Shown: positions 54,895 to 64,000 of the stretch, piece by piece
Position numbering within the stretch: position 1 is the first letter of the stretch
Layout of the letters: each line of letters starts with the position of its first letter
Assembly (NCBI GenBank): GCA_951406725.2
Contig: OX597839.1
Location: 8,246,001 to 8,310,000 of the forward strand
Length of the DNA stretch: 64,000 nt
Direction of reading: 5' to 3'
Source: Octopus vulgaris
Lineage: Eukaryota
Notes under the pieces: model-generated
Databases searched by the model: none
Seen by the model: the letters and a program-made list of their open reading frames with translations, nothing else
Told to the model about the DNA's origin: nothing
Made by a program: the position numbers and the translations under genes

Positions 54895-55676
54895 ATGGAG
54901 AAAACGCCAGCGGGCGGCCACAGTTATGCAGCTGCAACTGGAAAAGGAGCCGAAGAGAAAACGTTGGAGACATTCGAAGTCAAAGTCGAACCAAAAAAAA
55001 AATGGAAGCATGCGAAAAGTTGCTGGAGAAGGAGAGCGAGACGTTAAAGTTGACGCCACCTGTAGAGCTGATAAATAGTATAACGAAGCGAACAGTCACG
55101 TATAAAGCATGAGAATTGCAACAAGAAAGATAGAGATTGCGACAGTGGAGGAGATAGAAGAAGTATTGAAAAATATTAAGAAGTTGACAAATTTTAGAAC
55201 AAGAGGAAGGAAGTATGCCACCATGGATGTGCGCTTCACGTCGGAAGACAAAAGGGTGACAGAGAAAGAAAGTGGAGCTACAAGTAAAAATACCAGTTGC
55301 TTCGGTAGAAAAGGATTCGGAAATCCAGCTAGCCGAAGAAGAATTAGAGAAACTGTTCAGAGTGGAGGAGGAAAAGAGAGAACAGAAAAGCCAAAATAAA
55401 GGAACTAAAATTAAAGGGAACGGGGTATGGTATTACGTAACCTACCCGAAGAATATTGAAACAGAGAAGAAAATACTTAAGTTCAACCAATTAGTAAGAG
55501 TAAAGATACCAGCATACATATATGCAGAGGACATGAAGGCGATAGTAATTGAAGAGGAAAGTTATAAAAGACTACATCGACCCTTCAGGAATAAGGGTGG
55601 AATTCAAAGAATTGCCACCAGTAGTGGATTTAGTAGATATCGAACCACTAATGAAATATCACTAAAAAGTAAATAA
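54895..55676 (+). pseudogene. Frameshifted ORF1-like protein, N-terminal and C-terminal parts
   Basis: MEKTPAGGHSYAAA (SYA motif typical of LINE ORF1 N-termini)...MDVRFTSE, then a jump to the C-terminal region. Confidence 0.6.
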
Positions 55677-56089
55677 GTATGTTAAATTGACAGGAAAAAA
55701 AAAGAAAAAGGAGGAACAAAGGGAAAAAGAAAGAGTGTTTTTGTTGTGTTTGATAATATGGGAAAATAGAAGAACAATTTTAGAGAACGTATATAACGGT
55801 TCAAATAATTGTAATGGTAGACGATAATTAATTGCTAGTTAAATATATGATAAAAACGGACAGTTTAAAAAGATTAATGGTAATGCATGTGATGAGGGGC
55901 GCATGCAGCCATTCATAACCCCATTATCGTATAATCATCTCATCATATTCGTTCTATGTATTGTCCCTTCTGTGGTGTCTTGTTTGTCCTTGTTTGTCCC
56001 CCTCTATTTTGGGACCTTGTGGCTAATAAAAGAAATCAGAGTAAAGTAGCAGTTTTTGTAGTTGAAAGCGTTATTTTTGAAGTTAAGTC

Positions 56090-56608
56090 GTGAATGTGCG
56101 CTTCACGTCAGAAGAAGAGGCAATCAAGCACGCAACAGAGGTAATAAGATCGGAGGAGTGGGTACTTTTGCCGTCGCACTGCGGCAAACGCGTGGCCAGA
56201 GTACGGGTAGGCCAAGTACCCCTAGAACTAGAAGAGGCATGGCTCATGACAGCCATAATTTACAATAAGAAGGATGTGGCCAAAATATTAAAGGCCATTA
56301 GAACTAACAAACTCGACTACTGGGGATATGGGATAGAGCACGTTATCCAGGCAACAGTGGACGATTTAATTAGGATTGCGGAGGAGAAAGTGCTGCCTGA
56401 CGGCTTTGCATTGAGATTGAAGGTAGATGGCAGGCCGCCTGTATGTTTTGGATGTGGTGAGAAGGGCCACATGAAGGCGAGGTGCCCACAGAGAGAACAG
56501 AGAGAGAAGCAAGAAAGTATGGAACAGGCAGTACAGGTGGTGAATGAAGAGAAAACAGCGGAGGAGGAATTCACGGTAGTGGAAAGAAAAAGGAGAAGCG
56601 GAGAGTGA
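56090..56608 (+). pseudogene. ORF1/gag-like nucleic-acid-binding protein, central part with a CCHC zinc knuckle
   Basis: GRPPVCFGCGEKGHMKARCP is CX2CX4HX4C, preceded by RRM-like VRF/VRVGQVP segments and followed by FTVVERKRR. Confidence 0.75.
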
Positions 56609-57346
56609 GCCCGTCGCCAGGTAACCAGAAAAAATGAAGGAAAAGATGGAAAGGAAAGATGCGACCAGAAGGAAGGAAGACAAAAGTGTGGTGGAGAAAG
56701 AAAGTGGAAAAAATAATTGGGAAGGTGTGTGAGAATGAGTTACAGAAGGAAGAAGCATGGTTGAAGAGGTCAGTTGATTTGGCGAAAGAGAAAGGTTCAG
56801 GAGCGCAACTACATGAGGGTGAGATAGAAAAATTTTTCACAGTAGAGACAGAGAAGGTTTCAGAAACGGAGGAGGGAGTGATATGGAGGCATATATAATA
56901 AGAGAGATAGAAAAAGTAGAAAGGAGAAAAACCTAGAGGAGGACAGAACAAGTGGAACTTCGTAGCTTATGCCAAAAACAAGGAGGTGGAAAGAAGAATT
57001 GTGAAATTTTAACACATCATAAGAGTGAAGTTGCCAAGGGATGTATACTCAGAAAATTTAAAGGCCATTGTGGTCGATAAAGAAACATACAAGAGACTAG
57101 TAGACATGTGCGGAAATAAGATAGACCCGCCCGGAGTATTGCCGGTCGAAGAAAATGGTAAAACAGAAGAAAGTTTATATATTTGTTTTGCAAGATTTTT
57201 TATGTGAAATCGTCTGTTGAAACGGATATTGTTGTATTTAGGAATGGTCATTTTGCCAGTTTAGCCAATAAAAACACACGCACTATATATTTGGTGTTAC
57301 TTTGCTTCAGCGTTATTCAATTTTTACATTAATCTTAATCTTATTT

Positions 57347-57390
57347 CGGCCAGAGTTCTTTCGTCACACTCCTGTGACCTCATCAGGATC
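57347..57390 (-). ncRNA. Hammerhead core in an inverted pLTR-like segment upstream of the Penelope-like ORF
   Basis: CUGAUGA-G-GUCAC(aggagu)GUGAC-GAAAG-AA-CUC-UGGCC. Stem II is perfect; the 5' strand of stem I is missing at the junction. Confidence 0.6.
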
Positions 57391-57399
57391 AACGACTGT

Positions 57400-59069
57400 A
57401 ACAACATTTGCGACCTGACAGGATGTATGGGGGTAGCATGGATGCGGTATCCCTATACCCATCGATCGACGTGGGTTTTGCGGTGGAGAGGTGCGTGGAG
57501 ATGATCAACGAGAGCGAGGTGGAGTTCCGTAATGGAACTAAGCCTCCTACTTCGGCTGACATATGACAACGAATACCTAGATAAACATGATCTTAGTAGT
57601 TTCTGCTCCAGTAGACGTTTAAGAGGTAGACTACCCACAATTACTTCTATGGCCAGGAAGATCCATATAGAGAGATGGAACGGGTGGACCAGAGCCATAC
57701 GGACCCCCGCAAATGTCCATCAGGTAAAGAAAATGATCGCACATGCACTAGGAGCTAGTATAAGAGTTACCCTAAAAGGCCACACGTTTAAGTTTAACAA
57801 CAAAATATATGCCCACGACGAGGGTGCAGCCATCAGCGTTAGTATCGCCGGTGATGTGGCCAACCTTTTCATGGTATGGTGGGACAGAAGGCTTAAGGAA
57901 CGCCTGGCACAGAACTCCATACTCGTGAATATGCACTCTCGCTATGTTGATGGTATCAACATAGTGGTAAAGGCACCCCCAAAAGAGAGTACTCTTGAAA
58001 TAGAAATAGAAACTAATACTATGGAGAGCATTCAGGAAATAGCTATACCCCACTAAACACCCTAACCATAGACTACCAGTACTAGACAAGAACTCTGGCT
58101 GGAAACTGAGAATAATAAAACCCGAATCCTTCATTTGTACTATGCCAAACCTATGGCCTCCAAATACTTGATCCACCGGAACTCAGCTATCGCACACAAT
58201 GCCAAATTCAATATTTTGATGGCAGACCTCGTCAGAATAATGCGAAACGTGTCCCGCATGTGCGAGCCTACAGAGTTAAAGAGACACATACAACATTTCG
58301 TTCACCGCATGCAGTTCTCAGGTTACAGCCATAAAGAAAGGATCAGAGTATACAAAGGAGCCATGAAGAAATTTGATACTATCTAATGTAATGATAGGAA
58401 TGGGATTTGCCCACTCTATAGGAGCAAGTTGTGGAACACTATTGAAAGGACTAAGAAGAAAATAGGGAAGGCCAACTCTTGGTATGTCGACGAACATAAC
58501 ACTCTGGTATTTGTGGCTACAAATACCAGAGTGTTATGTTCGTCGACACTACACCTAGAGGCGAACTGGCGTACCGCTTTAGAAGTGCCCTAGACAAACT
58601 TAAGCTAAGGATTAAGGTTGTTGAAAGGCCAGGCAACCCTATAAAATCCCTAATTCATAGAACCTACTCTTTTAGTAGAACCCCCTGTACGGATAGGAAC
58701 TGTACTGTGTGTAGATTTTGCCCACAAACAAACAGTAAAGCCAGAAATGTAGTTTATAGTATAAGATGTATAGAGGGACGATGCAGTAACAAGACAACGA
58801 CATATGTAGGGGAAACGGCACGGAGCATAGGAGAGCGGGTAAATGGACATTGGAAAGAACTTAAGGAAAGAAAGATCTCATCGGTTCTGTACCAACACGC
58901 CGAGCAGGAACACGGGGGATCAATCAACAACATAGAAGTTGAAATCTTGTCCACACATAGAACAGACGCAACAGTCAGACAAATTACGGAAGCTACACAC
59001 ATAATGGAAGATAAGCCTAGCCTGAAAAGGAAACTGGAATGGAACACTAGCACACACCACAGCATATGA
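57400..59069 (+). pseudogene. Penelope-like retroelement: decayed reverse transcriptase plus C-terminal GIY-YIG endonuclease
   Basis: RT: HTFKFNNKIY..DEGAAI..SIAGDVANLFM...SRYVDG. Thumb: YAKPMAS...HRNSA. Linker: CTDRNCTVC. Endonuclease: NVVYSIRC...YVGETARSIGERVNGH...RQITEA. Broken by stops and frameshifts. Confidence 0.9.
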
Positions 59070-59339
59070 CAGAATAAGATCCCCATAAACTGGTAACAAT
59101 ATAAACAAATCTAAACACACAATAAAATACACAGATAAATAAACGAATGGAAGTAAAAAACAATGTACATAAAAAAAATAATAATACATATGTATATATA
59201 TGTATATATAACGGGAAGCTTTATGAAAATAGACAAAAGACGAAGGCAGGTTTACGGAAATAAACAAAAGACGAAGGCAGGTGGAATACAAACAAACAAT
59301 TCTATTAGTATGGCGCTCAGGAAATATAAATAAAACGAG

Positions 59340-59377
59340 TCTTTAACGTTTCGAGCCTACGCTCTTCAACAGAAAGA
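59340..59377 (-). ncRNA. Minimal hammerhead ribozyme variant (CUGUUGA core)
   Basis: UCUUU-CUGUUGA-A-GAGC(guag)GCUC-GAAAC-GUU-AAAGA, with a 5-bp stem I and 4-bp stem II. Confidence 0.6.
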
Positions 59378-59674
59378 TACACAGAGAAAAAAAACAGAGA
59401 AAGAAGGAGAGAAAAAAAATTGCGTGCAGAGGCTAGCGAATCAACATGGCGATCTGATTTCGGCCAGAAGTAAAAGATCAAACGTGAGACGCAAGAGCGA
59501 AATTAGGGGAGATAATAGGGTTAAATGACCTCGCTCCAACATAAGAGTGTGTGTGTGTGTATGAGAAGAGTGTGTGTGTGTGTATGAGAGAGTATTAGTG
59601 CGTATGAGAGGTCTGGACGTGTGTATGTATATATGATGTGATGTGTAAAGTCGTATGGTGTAGTGTAGAGAGAG

Positions 59675-59723
<49 letters not shown>

Positions 59724-59780
59724 GGAGTTAACACATAAATGTGAAACAAGGTGGAAAAAAAGAGTACTCAAATTCTAGCA

Positions 59781-59827
59781 AAAACTGTCCGACGAACGGG
59801 AACGTGAAACTCAGAGTTACAGGTTTT
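59781..59827 (+). ncRNA. Degenerate minimal hammerhead ribozyme
   Basis: AAAACUGU-CCGACGA-ACG(ggaa)CGU-GAAAC-UCAGA-GUU-ACAGGUUUU. Near-palindromic stem III AACUCAGAGUU; core U changed to C. Confidence 0.55.
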
Positions 59828-59852
59828 GTTGAATTTTCTGCTGCTTTAAATA

Positions 59853-59905
<53 letters not shown>

Positions 59906-60627
59906 CACATATATATATATATATATGTATATATGTCTATATATAGACATATTTATATATATATGTATATATGTCTATATATAGACATATTTATATATAT
60001 ATGTATATATACATACATATACATATATATATATAAACACATATATATATTGACGTATATACATACATAAACGAATATATAAATACATACATATCTATAT
60101 CCATTCATATATACAGACACACACATCCACACACATACATGTATGTGTGTGTGTGTGTGTATGTATGTATGCATGTATTTATATATCACTCCAGACATAC
60201 GCTGCAGTGAGCGATACAAAATTATTGATATACGAAAGAAAGCGTAGCATACAAAGAACAGATGCACAGGGGAGAAAAACAGGATGTTTTTAAGAAAACT
60301 AAAAGCAACAATAAAATATTAATAATGGTTCTATTATAACGTAAGTCATTAAGTGAAGTTGTTTATATATCGTTTAGGGATTACTGAAAATATAATTAGT
60401 GTACATATATGTACTCATAATTCACCCTGTGTGCATATGTGTATGGGTATTTGACTGTGCTTGCTTATGTGTTAGTACTTGGTTATGTGTATCTAAGTGT
60501 CTAAGCGTGAATATATACATATGTACAAGTCTAAGTATACGTATGTATATATATATATATATATATCATATTGATTCGCTAGCTTCTGCACGCAATGTTT
60601 TTTCTCTCCGTGTTTCTTTTCTGTGTA

Positions 60628-60665
60628 TCTTTCTGTTGAAGAGCGTAGGTTCGAAACGTAAAAGA
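60628..60665 (+). ncRNA. Minimal hammerhead ribozyme variant (CUGUUGA core)
   Basis: UCUUU-CUGUUGA-A-GAGC(guag)GUUC-GAAAC-GUA-AAAGA. Confidence 0.6.
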
Positions 60666-61032
60666 CTTGTTTTATTTCTATTCCTGAGCGCCATACTAAT
60701 ACAATTGTTTGTTTGTATTCCACCTGCCTTAGTCTTTTGTTTATTTTCATAAAGCTTCCCGTTATATATATATATATATATAAATTAAATTAGAGATAAA
60801 AACACTATTAGGCAAATCAAACAATGAAAAACATAAACTAAAACATAAAAATTAAAATAATTGATATAAGATACAAAATATATGAAATATAAAATTAAAA
60901 AATTTAAATTATTTAACTTTAAAATTAAAATTAATTTATATCTATAAATTTTATTTCTTTATTTTATTTTTATATTAAATATATATAACTATCAAAAAGT
61001 ATTAAAAAGTTTAATATAAGATAAAAAGTAAA

Positions 61033-61130
61033 ACCACTACGTACGTTTCATGCCCATAAACTAATTCGAATTACAATAATTTGAATCCAATTAATAATTC
61101 GAATTATGGTTATAGTCAATCTTCAGGTTA
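61033..61130 (-). ncRNA. Hammerhead ribozyme with long stem II
   Basis: AC-CUGAAGA-UUGACUAUAA..UAAUUCGAAUUA..UAAUUCGAAUUA..UUAUGGGCAU-GAAAC-GUAC-GUA-GUGG. Stem III palindrome ACGUACGU; weak stem I. The 3' half is repeated at ~44932-44968 (+). Confidence 0.55.
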
Positions 61131-61900
61131 ATGATAATAGTTAAATAAATAAGCAAATATATTTAAACAATATTTTTTAAGAAATATATAAAATAGTAAT
61201 TTTTCCTATAAAAAACTCTATTATCAAACTAGAAACTTTAACGATTATGTGTCTGCGTGTCGCTCTGCACTCACAGGTCATTCTTCGACACCCATCCCTT
61301 CTCCTCTCTGATTCCTTCTTTCTCTCTCTTCTCTCTCTTTGTTGCGTTTGTCCCTCCTCTCTCTCTCTCTCTCTCTCTCTCTTCCTTTGCTTCTCTTTCT
61401 TTTCTTTTCCCTCTTCTCTGTCACGTGACTGTTGGCCGAAATCTGCCTTTCAGCTTCTGACCCTCGTCTTGTTAACATCGCTGTTTTCGTCCGCCACTAT
61501 AAAGGCTTTTTCCATTGCGCCAGAGAAAAATTTGTTTGCTTGTTATCAGTCGTAAGACACTGTTGTTTTCACCGTTAATGCTTCTGTATTTCATGTTTCT
61601 GTATTCCATTATTGTTTTTTGTTTTTTTATATCTGTCCCTTTTGCTGTCCTGGTGTTCGTATGCATTCGATCCTTCTTCCAGGAAATCTACGCTTCCAGC
61701 TTAGTTTTTCTAATGCTCGTTGCTTGGTTTTTCTTGGAGGGCTGGCCGTGATCTAGTAATCTCAAGATTAATCAGCCGAAATTACTACGATGATCCGGTT
61801 CTTGACTGAAGACTGAGGGTTTCGAATGTCCTGTCCGTGTTTATTGTGTCGTCTTCTAAGAGTTATACGTTCTTGTCCATATTGTATTTTTCTACATACC

Positions 61901-61958
<58 letters not shown>

Positions 61959-62072
61959 GACACAATATGTATGCTTGCACAAACAGATGCACATTTGCAC
62001 CATTCAGGTATGTGTATGTACATATATGTATATCCATATATATGTGTGTGTGTGAGTGTATATATACATATG

Positions 62073-62117
<45 letters not shown>

Positions 62118-62785
62118 GCATGTATAAAGAGATGCACACAAGTACCATTCATGTCTATGTATATGTGTATATATATATGTGTTTATATGTATATGTGTGT
62201 GTATGTGTGTGTATATGTATATGTATATATATGCATATAGGTGTGTATATACGTATATATATGTGTGTATGTATGTATATATATGTGTGTTTATATATGT
62301 ATATATATATGTGTGTGTATATACGTGTGTGTGTGTGTATATATATATGTATATATACGTATGTCTATATATGTATATATGTGTGTGTGTGTATATATGT
62401 ACATGTCTATATATATATGTGGAAATATATATATAGACATGTACATATATATACACACACAAATATTAATGTTTTTGTGCATCCGTTTATGCATGTATAC
62501 GTATGTATCGTGTCTAAGTGTTTGAGAATAGATACATCGATATTACGTAAACTATATCATATATTAAGATCTTTATACACACCTACCTTTGTTTATCGCC
62601 TTTTACTTCTTGCAATTTTCTGCGGCCAAGCTGGAGCGCCTTGAATCGTTGCCAGGAATTACTTTTTCTCAAGGCTGGTTTTTATTCGATCGCTATGTTA
62701 CAGGGACCTAAACAAAGAAAAAAAAACACCGGTTGTCAAGCACTGTGTATGTGGGGGGTGTCAACGAGATAAATGTATATGTGTG

Positions 62786-62827
<42 letters not shown>

Positions 62828-63269
62828 CATACATACGACGGACTACTTAATTCCTCTCACAAGACTTTTAAAAATTCCCCAAGCTGTCACGCGGTAGGAC
62901 TGATCCCGGGGCCACGTGGTTGGGAAACAAACTTTTTACCACACAGCTACGAATTGCATAAGTACAGGCGTCTGTAGAGATGCATGGTTTGTCATGGCTG
63001 CATTGTTAAGAATTTGGCTCTCCATCGACGTGATTTTGGGCTCGATCCCACAACGGGGCACTAAGACCCGGGCTGACCAAAGCATTCCAAGTAAACTTTG
63101 CAGACAGAAACTGTGTGGACGCCCGTCGTGTTTGTGTGTGTGTGTATGTGTGAGTGTGTGTGTGTGTGCTTTGAACTCAGTGTGTGTGTCCTCGTAACCC
63201 AGCGATTCGACAGAAACACTTCCAGGCGGTGCCAGGACATGGCCGCTGTCCAATGACTGAAACAAGCAA

Positions 63270-63555
63270 AAGGAAGGAAGGAAGGAATGAAGGAAGGAAG
63301 GAAGGAAGGAAAGAAAGGGAAGAAAGGAAGGAAGGAAGGAAAGAGAAGGAAAGAAGGAAGGAAAGAAAGAGAAAGAAAAAGGAAGGAAGGATAGAGAAGG
63401 AAGAAAAGAGAAAGAAAGAAGGAAGGAAAGAGAAAGAAAGAAGGAAGGAAGGATAGAGAAGGAAGGAAGGCAAGAAGGAAAGAAAGAAGGAAAGGAAGGA
63501 AAGAAAGAAAGAAAGAAAGAAAAAAATGAATGAAAGAAAGGAGGGAGGTAAGGAA
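63270..63555. repeat. (GGAA/GAAA)n polypurine tract at the 3' end of an old SINE-B
   Basis: Direct reading. It follows GACTGAAACAAG. Confidence 0.9.
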
Positions 63556-63696
63556 AAGAGTGTAGCTTAAAGAGACATGCGGCACTGAGGAATCTCACAA
63601 GATAGATATTTCTTTCGTTAGTTTTCAAAATCTAACTGAAGCTTATATAAAGTTTCGTTGATTTGGTTATTGCTTAGCGCGTGCGCGTGTGGAGAG

Positions 63697-63744
<48 letters not shown>

Positions 63745-63908
63745 AAAATATTTACGATTGTATGTACATACTTTTATCTATGCATGGGTGTTTGTATGAT
63801 ATAAATTATACAGAGTCCTTGATTATGAGTTCAATAGAAAGGTCCAACCGCGAGCCCAAACCAAGAGTTTTGATTTGTATGAAAACCACTATACACACAC
63901 ACACACAC

Positions 63909-63982
<74 letters not shown>

Positions 63983-64000
63983 ATGTATCTATATATAATA

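Larger units (their letters stand above)
54030..57170 (+). mobile_element. Head-to-tail array of three deleted copies of an ORF1/gag-only non-LTR element
   Basis: Unit starts (CAGAGTAAAGTAGCAG) at 54729 and 56037 come directly after AATAAA. The C-terminal peptide (M/L)KAIV(I/V)..E.YK.L...DPPG occurs three times. No endonuclease or RT lies within the units. Confidence 0.7.
59209..60764. mobile_element. Inverted pair of pLTR-like segments (~59209-59446 and ~60570-60764)
   Basis: TAACGGGAAGCTTTATGAAAAT...GCTAGCGAATCAA versus its reverse complement. Each arm carries a hammerhead motif. Confidence 0.75.

Noticed and set aside
61800-61835. Hammerhead-like CUGAAGA...CGAAUGUC (and paralog at ~17495-17528)
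   Set aside because: GAAA is absent and stem I does not pair in either copy.

Overview
AT-rich, microsatellite-dense eukaryotic DNA. The repeat families look like those of a cephalopod, probably Octopus (inference from family recognition, not a search). I found no intact host protein-coding gene; almost all ORFs in the supplied track are translations of (TA)n/(CA)n/(TACA)n repeats or SINEs. The window is a mosaic of: four tRNA-derived SINE families with shuffled tails; five copies of a GG-ended MITE with 8-bp target-site duplications (TSDs); two non-autonomous Helitrons; Tc1/mariner and hAT-like MITEs; decayed LINE pieces (L1/Tx1 endonuclease, R4/Dong-type C-terminus in (TAA)n, RTE tails with paired C2H2 fingers); a head-to-tail array of an ORF1-only CCHC element whose 3' end matches a SINE tail; and a decayed Penelope-like element (RT + GIY-YIG). 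The most striking hidden signal is about 13 type-I hammerhead ribozyme motifs (CUGANGA...GAAA...NUH), some intact and some degenerate, on both strands. They include minimal forms with palindromic stem III, forms with very long or branched stem II, and two inverted pairs. All structures were read by eye, not computed.
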